DNA of 64,000 nt from an uncultured Acidobacteriota bacterium (GTDB taxonomy: Bacteria > Acidobacteriota > Terriglobia > Acidiferrales > UBA7541), in the NCBI GenBank assembly GCA_963838545.1, contig CAWIRL010000010.1, positions 48,639 through 112,638 of the forward strand, written 5' to 3'. This document shows positions 1 through 9,511 of this stretch, in pieces. The translations under genes were made by a program, and so were the position numbers. Position 1 is the stretch's first letter, and every line of letters starts with the position of its first letter. A model generated the notes under the pieces. The model was not told the origin of the DNA, made no database searches, and worked only from the letters and a program-made list of their open reading frames with translations.

Positions 1-986
1 CGCAAGAAGATAATTACGATCCCTCCATCGCGCGCGGCTCGCTCTACTGGACGCGTTTTTTGCGCCACAAAGCGATCGCCGCGTTTCCATCGAGCGGCGG
101 CGACGTACACGAAATCCTGGAAGACGCGGAATTTCCGCTCTGGACTCCGGACGGAAAACAAATCGCCTACATTTTCGATAGCGACCGCATGGCGGACGGC
201 CCTCTGCCGATGGATGACGGCATCATCTCAGTCAATAACGATGCCCGAAAAGCGTCGCAGCCCTCGGTGATCGTCGCGGGCTATCACGAGGATTTCACCC
301 CGGCATTTTCGCCGGACGGGCGGTGGATCGCGTTTCATTCGCACCGTTCAGCGACGGCGGTGCCGTTTTACTTGAGCGCCGGAAGCACCGACGATGTTTA
401 CTTGCGGCTCGCCGCGGATAATTCCGCTCCCGAAATTCGCCTGACGGATTTCGGATGGGAGACGGGACCCGCGTTTTGGTCTCCCGATGGACGCAAGTTG
501 ATGTTCAGCTCGTGGGTGAAGGGCGGAACGCCGGGCATCGATAAAATCTGGGTGCTGACGATCGACGCGCAGTCGGGGCGCGTTTCGAGCCGCGACCTTT
601 TTCCGCTGCCGCCCGGCATTCGCAGCGCGCAGTGGACCGCGTGGTCGCCGGACGGAAAAGAAATCGCCATCGAGGATAACCAAGGCGGCGAGCGGCGAAG
701 TATTTGGATTGTCGGCGCCGACGGGTCCGCCGCGCGAAAAATTACGGACTATCAAAGCACCACTTATGGCGGCCTCGATTGGATGCCCGACGGAAAATCG
801 ATTGTGTTTAGCGGATTGAGCGGCGAGCGAATGCAGATTTTTTCGATCGCGCGCGCCGGAGGAACCGCCCGGCAGCTGACCCGCGATTCCGCGAATCTAT
901 TTCATCCGAAAGTTTCTCCCGATGGGCGTTGGATTGCCTGCACACGCATGATCAAATCGGAACAGATTATGCGCCAGACATTTTGA
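1..986 (+). CDS. TolB-like periplasmic beta-propeller protein (PD40/WD40-like repeats), 5' end outside window
   Basis: ORF 60..986, but the same frame stays open back to base 3 (..QEDNYDPSIARGSLYWTRF..), so the listed TTG is probably not the true start. Six PD40-type repeats are visible: TPDGKQIAY, SPDGRWIAF, SPDGRKLMF, SPDGKEIAI, MPDGKSIVF, SPDGRWIAC. Confidence 0.8.
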   Translation, partial: QEDNYDPSIARGSLYWTRFLRHKAIAAFPSSGGDVHEILEDAEFPLWTPDGKQIAYIFDSDRMADGPLPMDDGIISVNNDARKASQPSVIVAGYHEDFTPAFSPDGRWIAFHSHRSATAVPFYLSAGSTDDVYLRLAADNSAPEIRLTDFGWETGPAFWSPDGRKLMFSSWVKGGTPGIDKIWVLTIDAQSGRVSSRDLFPLPPGIRSAQWTAWSPDGKEIAIEDNQGGERRSIWIVGADGSAARKITDYQSTTYGGLDWMPDGKSIVFSGLSGERMQIFSIARAGGTARQLTRDSANLFHPKVSPDGRWIACTRMIKSEQIMRQTF

Positions 987-1128
987 TTTCCTCGAATTGC
1001 TTTGCGGCCATGGCCGGTTCCGCAGGCTTAAAGTTAAAACTCTCAAAGCGGTTGGGATTTATGCGCGGCGTAGTGGTACGTTCGCTGGAACAATTTGCTT
1101 TGCACATTCCTGATGCAGGGAGGGACTG

Positions 1129-2389
1129 ATGCGCTTGGCGAGATTCGCGATTTTGTTTTTTCTTTTTGCCGGCTCGATCGCCGCGCAGACGGTGGCAATT
1201 CGCGCCGGGCATCTGGTGAATCCGTCAAACGGATCCGCCGCGGCCAATCAAGTGATTTTGATCAAGGATGGAAAAATCACTGAAGTTGGCGCCGATGTGC
1301 GCTTGCCAGCCGATGCGCAAGTGATTGACTTGCCAAACGAGTGGGTGTCGCCGGGCTTGATGGACGCGCACACGCATTTGACGCTCACGGAAATTCCCGG
1401 CGGCGCGCCCTTCGAATCATTTTATTTGAAGGAAAGCTCGGCATACCGTGGATTTCGCGGGTTGAAGAATGCACAGCAGCTTTTACGCGCGGGATTCACC
1501 ACCATTCGCGATGTCGGCAATGACGGAAATTATGCCATGGAGGATTTGCGCCGCGCGATTGCGGCCGGTTGGTTCGACGGGCCCACGATTTTGAGCTCGG
1601 GGAAAATTATCGCGCCGTTCGGCGGCCAATCGACCGCGATTCCCGCTGAGCAAGGCGAGTTTTGGAGATTCGAATATATTGATGCGGATTCGCCGCAGGA
1701 AATGCGCAAAGCGGTGCGCGAGAATATTTATTACGGCGTGGATTTGATCAAGCTGGTGGCAGACAACAATCCTTACTTTTTTTCGTTGGACGAAATTCGC
1801 GCCGCTGTGGATGAAGCGCACAAGGACGGGCGAGCGGTGGCTGTGCACGTACTCGGCGGAGATGCGGCGGATAATGCGATTGAAGGCGGCGTGGATTCCG
1901 TGGAGCACGGCTTTTTTCTCACGGACGCGCAACTGCAGCGCATGAAGGATAAAAATATTTTCTCTGGTGGGAACCGAGTTTCCCTTGGCACATCTGCAGG
2001 CGATGGGCGGAGCGGGGGCGGGCGCTGATCCGCCGGAAACAATGGCGGCAAAAATTGTGGATCGGTTGCAGCGTGCGCGGCGCATCGGAGTGAAGATGGC
2101 GTTTGGCAGCGATACGGCAATTGACATGCCGAACCGGACGCGCGCTGAAATGATGCTGGATTATCTGGCCGTGTGGCGCCAGGCGGGGGTGCCGGCAGCG
2201 GAGATTTTACGCTGCATGACCGTGAACGCGGCGGAATTGCTGCGCGTCGATCACTCGCGTGGCGCGATCGCGGCTGGAATGGCTGCCGATATTGTTGCCA
2301 TGCCGGCGGATCCTTTTGCGGATATCGAAGCGCTGAGGAAAATTAATTTTGTGATGAAGGACGGTAAGGTGATTGCGCGTCCGAACTGA
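1129..2389 (+). pseudogene. Secreted metal-dependent amidohydrolase (imidazolonepropionase / Xaa-Pro dipeptidase-like), one +1 frameshift (possibly a sequence error)
   Basis: ORF 1129..2028 has a signal peptide and the 'GLMDAHTHL' metal motif. The amidohydrolase C-terminus ('VKMAFGSDT', 'AAGMAADIVAM', 'INFVMKDGKV') continues in ORF 1967..2389, one frame over. The junction ..KDKNIF / VGTEFP.. lies near 1958-1970. Confidence 0.8.
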
Positions 2390-2583
2390 GAGCATGCTTC
2401 ACATCCCCGCTGTTGTCGAATTATGGTGACAGGGCGCCGCGCCGTGCGATCGCGGCATTCGGACGCTGCAAACGGCCATTTTGCGATTAGTTACACGCGT
2501 CGCTCACTCGATCATTTTGCGTTAGCCGACTTCAATTTGAAGGTAGTACGATATTCACCCCGGCCACAGGAGCGCTTTACGAC

Positions 2584-5049
2584 ATGGGTGCCATCGATGT
2601 TCGCGTTTTTTCCTTTCGCAATCTGATTCTTCCAGGCCTTGCAATACTTCTGCTGGCTTTTTTCGGAATTGAAATCGCCCGCGCCGATGCCGCTTTCGAT
2701 TTGGCCGGTCCGCGCGTTGAAATGACGGTCACGCGCTCGGGAAAAACTTTGCCGATTTCCGATGTGCCGAATTTGCAGCCGGGCGACCGCCTATGGATTC
2801 ATCCGGATTTTCCCGAGAGCCAATCGGTGCGCTATTTGCTGATCGTCGCGTTTTTGCGCGGCTCGACGAATCCTCCGCCCGACAATTGGTTCACGCGCGC
2901 GGAAACCTGGAACCGGCAGGTGCGGCAGGAGGGAATCATCGTAACGGTTCCGGCGGAAGCGCAACAAACACTCCTCTTTCTTGCGCCCGAGACGGGCGGG
3001 GACTTCAGCACGCTGCGCGGCACCGTGCGCGGGAAGCCGGGAACATTTGTGCGCGCCTCGCAGGATTTGAATCAGGCCAGCCTCGACCGCTTGCGTTTGG
3101 AAAAATATCTGGACGACGTGCGTGAGACTTCCAATACCGATCCGAAAGAGCTGCACGAGCGACTCGGTGCTTCTCGCGCGAACGCTGAATCTCAAGCTCG
3201 ACCAAAAATGTTTCGATAAGCCCGCCGAACAGCAAGCCTCCTGCCTCGCGCAGAACACCGATCAGACTCGTGCTCGACGATGGACACAGCGAATCGATGG
3301 TCACGGCGCTCACTTCCGGCCCTTCATCCGATTTCATCGGCGCGGTGAGCAGCACTTCGGTCATGGGCGGGGGATATTACAGCGCGTACGTTGGCGCGGT
3401 GGTGGATCTGGCGCGCATCATGAGCAATATCCACACCGCGGAATATCAATATATACCGGCGCTGGCGCGAGCCGAAGCAGCAGCAATTGAATTTGCGGTT
3501 GAATAATCCGCCGTCGTTCCGCAAACCGAAGTCCGTGCTGGTGGTCGGATTGCCTGCCGGTGGAGGCGGCGCAATTGCCGCCGCTGCGCGCGTTGAATGT
3601 GGACGAGGTTTTCTGCCTGCAAAAATCCCCGCTGGTGCTTCCGGCGGACGGCGCTCCTTTGGTATTTGCGAGCGACATTGCACACGATTTTGTGCTGCAC
3701 GTGGAAAGCAAATCGGGCACGGGCATGGATCTGCCGGCTACGGCGGACGCGGCTCGCGGCGGATTCACGATCGATACGCACGCGCTTCACGCCGGGCAAT
3801 TGGATCAGGAAGTGAAGGGCACGCTTCGCGGCCATTGGGGCTTCGAGGCTTTTGACGGCCCGAGTTTTCATTTGCGCTCCGCACATTCGTCGAAATGGAT
3901 TATTCCGCGCGGAAGACCGGAGCGCGGTGATTGTGGGCCGCGATGATTCCATTCACCTGCAATCGGCGGCTGCGGCGTGCGTCGAGAAAGTCAGCGTCAC
4001 CGCCGCGAGCGGCGAAGAGCTGAAGACAACTTGGAAAACGGGGAAAGCGGACGAACTCGAAGTGCAAATTCCGCTCAAAGACCAAGCGGCCGGCGTCGTG
4101 AAATTGAAAGTGAAGCAATATGGACTGGCGGAGCCGGACGAACTCAGCTTGCACGCGTATTCCGAGGTGGCGCGGATAGAGAGGTTCACGATCAACGCCG
4201 GGGACCAGCAGGGCGTGCTGAAAGGCACGCGGCTCGATGAGGTCGACAGCTTCGAATTGAACGGAATTCACTTCGTGCCCGCAAAATTCTCGCGCGCGGA
4301 TCAAAAAGACGAGTTGCGGCTGGCGGCGCTGAACAACGCGCCGACGGCCGCGCTGCACGCCGACGAAAAACTGACGGCGCACGTGACACTGAGCGGATGG
4401 CCGGGTGCTCGACGTGCAATCGACGGTGGAGCCGCCGCGCCCAAAGGTCGTGCTGCTCAGCAAAAGCGTGCAGCGCGGCCCCGCGCTGTCGGCGATCCGC
4501 TTCGGAAACGAGGAGGAATTGGCGCAGGGCGCCCGGCTGACATTTTTCGTGAAGTCCGAGGTGCCGGACAAATTTTCGCACAGCGAGAAAATCGAAGTCG
4601 CGACGGCGGATGAATCGTTTCACGTTTTGCTGAGCGAGGCGGACGGCAATTTGATTCTGCAGGATTCGCAGACGGCGCTGGCGATTTTCGATCCGGCGAA
4701 AAGCTTCGGCGCTTCTACGTTCGGCCCGCTGCGATTTCGTCCCGTGGATGCGGAGGGCACCAAGGGCGACTTGGATGCCTCTCGCAAATCTGGTGCGCGT
4801 GCCGTCACTCAAGGAAATTCGCTGCCCGGACAAGCCGGACCAGCAGTGCAGACTGAGCGGCTCGAATTTATTTTTGATCGATTCGGTCGCGTCCGATCCG
4901 GAATTCGCCACACCGTTCCGGTGCCGGCGGGCTTCGCGGATTCGACGCTCAGCGTGCCGCGACCGAATGGCACGTTGCTGTATCTGAAATTGCGCGATGA
5001 CCCGGCGACGGTAAACATGATGGTGCTGCCGGTGCTTCCGGAGGAATGA
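2584..5049 (+). pseudogene. Large (~820 aa) secreted hypothetical protein, readable only across about 8 frame switches
   Basis: N-terminal signal/TM segment (LILPGLAILLLAFFGIEIARA). Coding-like segments chain through ORFs 2584..3219, 3122..3490, 3270..3506, 3487..3855, 3560..3946, 3852..4613, 4405..5049, 4748..4987 and back to the 4405 frame, ending ..MMVLPVLPEE*. I recognise no family. Confidence 0.55.
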
Positions 5050-5074
5050 CCGCCCAGGTTTGGGATAATCCGAT

Positions 5075-6122
5075 TCACGGGTGGGATGGCAAAAAATCCC
5101 AGATGGCCGGATCTTCGGTGCCCAGGACCCAGGAGCAGAACCCTTCAATATTGTGCTGCTGCGCCAGCGCGTAGCGTTCTTTAAACGTGCGAACGTCGGT
5201 ATAGAAAATCCACTCGCGCTCCATCGCGCGGTAGAAATAAAACCACGCGGTGCGATCCTCCGCGTCCCATTCCATCTTCCCACCGTAGGCGTGCGCAAGA
5301 TCGAGCGCGTCGGCGGTAGAGATATATTCGGCCGAGGGATTCGGTTTTTCGACGCCCTTCGCGGGAGTGCCGGCGAACCAATGATATCCGTAGAGCGGAA
5401 TGCCGAGTGATAGCTTCGCTGGCGGAACGAATTTGACCGCGTATTCGAGATTGCTGACAGTCCAATCCCAGCCGGCCACCGGGCCTGGTGCGGTCCATCG
5501 TGTGTGCTGGTCGTAGGTCATCAGACAAATCAGATCCACGGACTTTGCAAGCGCAGCGAGATCGTAAGCACCGCGCCAATTTTTAAAGATCCACGCGGAA
5601 TAACCGGTCTCGCCCGCGGCTCCCGGAGCATTCGGGACGGTTGCGATCGTGAGCTTCAGACCGTTTTCATGGAAGACGGCTCCGGCTTCCGCGACCATCT
5701 GAGAGAAGACCGCGCGATCGGTCCAAATCACATTTTCGAAATCGAATTGAATTCCGGTGTAGCCCGAATCCGTTGCAGGCGCGCACGAGTTGCGAAAACA
5801 TTTCGCGGTAGCCGGCCGGATTCATGAGCAACTTGTGAAAATCGTCCTGGACGAAGCCGGCATTGGCCACCAGCGGCATTACCGGGACGTGATGCTGGCG
5901 CGCGGCATCCATGACCATCGGGTTGGGCCCGCCGGAGACGAGGCCGTTGGCGTCAACGAGATACCAAGCCGGCACGAGCGTATCAATCTTATCGGCGTGC
6001 GCCAGGAACGAGCGCACGGAATTGGGTTCGCGGGTCATATAAAAAAGCGACTTGGGCGTTTGCGCGTGCGTGGAAAGGGGAATGCAAAACACGAAGCCAA
6101 GAATCGCCCACCCGATTTTCAT
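5075..6122 (-). pseudogene. Glycoside hydrolase family 18-like protein (chitinase/YaaH-like), one frameshift
   Basis: ORF 5667..6164 carries a signal peptide from the internal ATG at 6122 (MKIGWAILGFVFCIPLSTHAQT). ORF 5075..5731 holds the rest. Translating across 5763-5774 gives ..QLVRACN then SGYTGIQFDFENVIW.., the GH18 catalytic strand ending in FDFE, so there is one extra base near 5765-5775. Confidence 0.75.
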
Positions 6123-6243
6123 AATTGACCGTCCTCGTAAGAGCCGAGCGTAAACATCTCTCACGATCGAAACAAGAGCTGAGTGGAGTTTCTGCGCATG
6201 TCGAGGTCAGCTTGGATTGACGGTTCGGGCCTAAAGGGGTGCT

Positions 6244-6273
6244 ATGAGGGATTTTCAGACCCCTCATTTTTTC
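6244..6273 (+). terminator. Terminator-like hairpin plus T-run with no obvious upstream + strand gene
   Basis: ATGAGGG (6244-6250) pairs with CCCTCAT (6261-6267) across a 10-nt loop and is followed by TTTTTT. The neighbouring genes are both on the minus strand, so its role is unclear. Confidence 0.3.
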
Positions 6274-6275
6274 AC

Positions 6276-6354
6276 GGTTAGAAAATGAAATTTCCGTTTG
6301 TTTTGTTGGAGTTAGCGTGATTTCTAACCGTTTCCGTGTATCGATTAGAAATGG
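6276..6354. repeat. Structured intergenic repeat, copy 1 (about 80 bp)
   Basis: GGTTAGAAAATGAAATTTCCGTTTGTTTTGTTGGAGTTAGCGTGATTTCTAACCGTTTCCGTGTATCGATTAGAAATGGG. Three mutually complementary arms: GGTTAGAAA / TTTCTAACC / TTAGAAA. Confidence 0.75.
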
Positions 6355-6466
6355 GCTTTTGCCGGGTCCGGCAGGCCAAGGTAGGGCTTCTCGAGTGGGC
6401 CTTACGGTGAGGCAGGCTAACTCACTGATTCTACTACGCCGGCGTTGCAGAGGCCTTGTTTTGTCT

Positions 6467-6545
6467 CGACCTGAAAATGAAATTTCTGTTTGTTTTGTTG
6501 GAGTTACGGCTATTTCTGGTCGTTTCCGTGTATCGACCAGAGCTC
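6467..6545. repeat. Structured intergenic repeat, copy 2
   Basis: CGACCTGAAAATGAAATTTCTGTTTGTTTTGTTGGAGTTACGGCTATTTCTGGTCGTTTCCGTGTATCGACCAGAGC. The core is the same as copy 1, but all three arms are changed together (GACCTGAAA / TTTCTGGTC / GACCAGAG). Confidence 0.75.
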
Positions 6546-6678
6546 GTCTTTTGAGGGCACCCGGCAAGCCGGCTTGAGCTTTGTGCATAGCCATAACGCT
6601 ACGTGGATAGCAGGGAAATTCGGATAGGGTCAAGAGTACGAGCTTGGGAACTACGGATGATTGCGGCGGGGTCCGGCA

Positions 6679-8256
6679 CTACAAAGTGCGGCTCGGTTGC
6701 TCCCTGGTGGGAATCAGCAGAAAAGCGATAGCGGCGCTGGCAAAGGAAAGCGCGGCGCAGATGAACATGATCGCGCGGAATCCGATGACGAAGGCGCGGG
6801 AAATCGCTGAACTGATGAGCGACGTGGTATGCGAGTCGAGCCCGGCGGGTGGATCAAGCCCCGCGAGTTTGATTTCGTTGGATTGAAGGTACTGGAGTGA
6901 GCTGGAGGGAAGATTCAGGCCGGCGAGGCTGTGATTCAGGCTGGCGCCGAACAGATGGACCATCCCAATACCCAGCACGGCGATGGCGAGTACGCCGGCC
7001 ACTCGAGCGACGGCATTGTTGATCCCCGAAGCGGCGCCCGCGCGATCCTGGCTGACGGAACTCATCACCACAGTGGTGAGAGGAGCCACGCTGATGGCCA
7101 TGCCAAAACCAAGAACGAGAAATGCGGGAAAAAATTCCTTCCAGTAATTGACTCCCACACCCGGCGCGGCGAAAAGCGCGAAGCCCATCGCGGCGATCAG
7201 CGGACCGATTACCAGCGGTTTCTTGCGGCCATAAGTCGCGACCAATCCGCCGGACCAGCGCGAGAGAAAAAAACTCAGCAGGATCAGCGGCAGAGCAGCA
7301 GCGCCCGCGGCGGTGGTGGAGTAATGCTGGACTTGAATCAAATTCATGGGGAAAAGGAAAAAGAAAATCCCGAGCGCGGAATAAAGGAAAAGAGTGAGAA
7401 GGTTTGCGCCACTAAAACTGCGCGACGTGAAAAGCGCGAGCGGAACCAGGGGTGAAGCGGATCTGCTCTCGATGAATAGGAATCCCCCGAGACAAACGCA
7501 GCCGGCAATCAAAGCACCGTACACAAAAGGATTGGCCCAGCCCAGACTTGTGGATTCGATCAGGCCGAAAACCACGCCGCCCAGCCCGAGGGTCGCAGCG
7601 GCTGCGCCCCACCAATCGAGATGGCGGGAGAGAGCGTTGCGGCTTTCAGGAATGTGCCACAGAGAAATAATGATCACAGCGGCTGCGGCGGGAATATTAA
7701 TGTAGAAGACCCAGCGCCATGAGGCGTGCTCGATGAACCAGCCTCCGAGAACCGGACCGATGGCCATGGTGATGGCGGTGAAGCCGGACCAGGTGCCGAT
7801 GGCGCGGCCGCGTGATTTTTCGTCGAAATTCGCGCTGATGATGGAGAGGCTGCCGGGAACGAGGAGGGCGGCGCCGACGCCTTGAATGCTGCGGGCCATC
7901 ACGAGTTGCTGGATATTCGAGGCAATGCCGCAGGCGGTCGAGGCGGCTGCGAAAATTCCCACGCCAATGAGAAAAATCCGGCGGCGGCCAAGCAGGTCAC
8001 CGAGCGAGCCGCCCGCAAGGATTAGAGCACCCAGAAATAATCCGTAGGACTCAACGACCCATTGAACGCCGACAACCGTGGCGTGAAGACTGGATTGGAG
8101 AGCGGGCAGAGCGATATTGACCGCGGTGCTGTCCGTGAACGCCATGCTGGAACTCAGGATTGTTGCGGCGAGAATCCAGCGAGCAGCGTGGCGCGAGCAA
8201 GGGATCGCGCCGCTCGCTGATTGAATCGCGGCTTCATCGCACGGCGGCTTCAGCAT
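6679..8256 (-). CDS. MFS transporter, DHA2 (EmrB/QacA, 14-TMS) drug:H+ antiporter family
   Basis: 525-aa uninterrupted ORF, hydrophobic throughout. DHA2-type N-terminus ('MAFTDSTAVNIALPALQ', 'GSLGDLLGRRRIFLIG', 'ARSIQGVGAALLVPGSLSII'). Confidence 0.9.
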   Translation of the reverse strand: MLKPPCDEAAIQSASGAIPCSRHAARWILAATILSSSMAFTDSTAVNIALPALQSSLHATVVGVQWVVESYGLFLGALILAGGSLGDLLGRRRIFLIGVGIFAAASTACGIASNIQQLVMARSIQGVGAALLVPGSLSIISANFDEKSRGRAIGTWSGFTAITMAIGPVLGGWFIEHASWRWVFYINIPAAAAVIIISLWHIPESRNALSRHLDWWGAAAATLGLGGVVFGLIESTSLGWANPFVYGALIAGCVCLGGFLFIESRSASPLVPLALFTSRSFSGANLLTLFLYSALGIFFFLFPMNLIQVQHYSTTAAGAAALPLILLSFFLSRWSGGLVATYGRKKPLVIGPLIAAMGFALFAAPGVGVNYWKEFFPAFLVLGFGMAISVAPLTTVVMSSVSQDRAGAASGINNAVARVAGVLAIAVLGIGMVHLFGASLNHSLAGLNLPSSSLQYLQSNEIKLAGLDPPAGLDSHTTSLISSAISRAFVIGFRAIMFICAALSFASAAIAFLLIPTREQPSRTL

Positions 8257-8310
8257 ATATAAGGATAGATTGCGAATCTGCCGCGCGTGGTGGCAGGAGC
8301 TAGCGCGCTC

Positions 8311-9216
8311 TTAGCGATGCTTGATGAAATCGCCGGTTTGGAGATCGGTCATGGCCTGGCGGATTTCTTCCTGCGTGTTCATTACGATCGGCCCATACCA
8401 TGCCACGGGTTCCTGGATGGGCTTGCCGGATACTAGCAGAAAGCGAACGCCATCCGGGCCGGAGCGCACGGTGATTTCATCGCCGCGATCGAAAAGCACG
8501 AGCGAGTGATTGCTGGCATCGTAGACGGGCGCAGACGCGGGATCGACGGCTGATTCGGTGAGAACCGCGCGCGGCTCGGAAGAATCGCGAAACGTGCCGG
8601 AGCCGGCGAAAACGTAAGCAAAAGCGTTGCGCGTGGTTTCGATATTAAATCGCTTGCGCTGATTCGGGGCGACCGAGATATCGAGATAATTCGGATCGGC
8701 GGCAACACCTTCGACCGGGCCCGTCTTCCCCCAGAACTCACCGCAGATTACGCGGACGCGCGTGCCATCATCGTCGGTGATCTCCGGAATTTCGCTCGCG
8801 GGAATATCCTGATAGCGCGGGTCGGTCATTTTCAGCGACGCGGGCAAATTGGCCCAGAGTTGGAAGCCGTGCATGCGGCCATGCGGATCGCCCTTGGGCA
8901 TTTCTTGATGAAGGATGCCGCTGCCCGCGGTCATCCACTGTACATCGCCGGCAGTCATTTTTCCTTCGTTACCGAGACTATCGCCGTGCTCAACGGAGCC
9001 GGCCAGAACATAGGTGATTGTCTCGATGCCGCGATGAGGATGCCAGGGAAAACCGGCGATGTAGTCGTCGGGATTTTCATTGCGGAAATCGTCGAGCAGG
9101 AGAAAAGGGTCGAAATCCTTGGTTTTGCCGAAGCCGAAAGCGCGCTGGAGTTTTACGCCGGCGCCTTCGATGGTGGGCTGGGTCTCGATAATTTTCTTGA
9201 TAGGGCGCAGGGACAT
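8311..9216 (-). CDS. Pirin family protein (bicupin)
   Basis: 301 aa. Pirin N-terminal signature 'GFPWHPHRGIETITYVLAGSVEHGDSLGN', then 'MHGFQLWANLP'. Confidence 0.9.
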   Translation of the reverse strand: MSLRPIKKIIETQPTIEGAGVKLQRAFGFGKTKDFDPFLLLDDFRNENPDDYIAGFPWHPHRGIETITYVLAGSVEHGDSLGNEGKMTAGDVQWMTAGSGILHQEMPKGDPHGRMHGFQLWANLPASLKMTDPRYQDIPASEIPEITDDDGTRVRVICGEFWGKTGPVEGVAADPNYLDISVAPNQRKRFNIETTRNAFAYVFAGSGTFRDSSEPRAVLTESAVDPASAPVYDASNHSLVLFDRGDEITVRSGPDGVRFLLVSGKPIQEPVAWYGPIVMNTQEEIRQAMTDLQTGDFIKHR

Positions 9217-9511
9217 TTTATTTTGCCGGGCTTAATCATAAGCCCGGACCCGATCTTAATCCTTTCTTTCGACGAGGGGCGCGCGAATTCTCGCGACATA
9301 GATAATTTAAAGCTTTGTGGAGTTTACGTCGAGGGTCATGGCGAGCGTCGGGCCGGTGGAAGTGCTGGAGGCCCGGGCGTGTTACGCCAGGCATGATTTG
9401 CGGGCGAAATCCTTGACAAAGATAAGGAAAAGAAAGTAAAAGAAACAAATCGAAAGTAGTCGTAATGGGGTGTTTCAGTCGAAAAATCGCTTGGGTGGGC
9501 GGAGGTGAGAG

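Noticed and set aside
5989-6633. 214-aa minus-strand ORF (and ORF 6317..6577 on the plus strand) with an internally repeated peptide (..RKRPEIAVTPTKQTEISFS.. / ..RKRLEITLTPTKQTEISFS..)
   Set aside because: The peptide repeat simply mirrors the two DNA copies of the structured intergenic element. There is no RBS, and the ORF overlaps the GH18 start region.
9217-9511. Riboswitch (for example cobalamin) in the 295-bp leader of the TonB receptor, plus a 9-bp-stem hairpin at 9226-9247 next to the pirin start
   Set aside because: 'GCCGGTGGAAG' is vaguely cobalamin-like, but no B12 box or conserved junctions are visible. The hairpin has no T-run and lies in a divergent promoter region. TTGACA (9413-9418)-N18-TAAAAG may be the receptor promoter, but support is weak.
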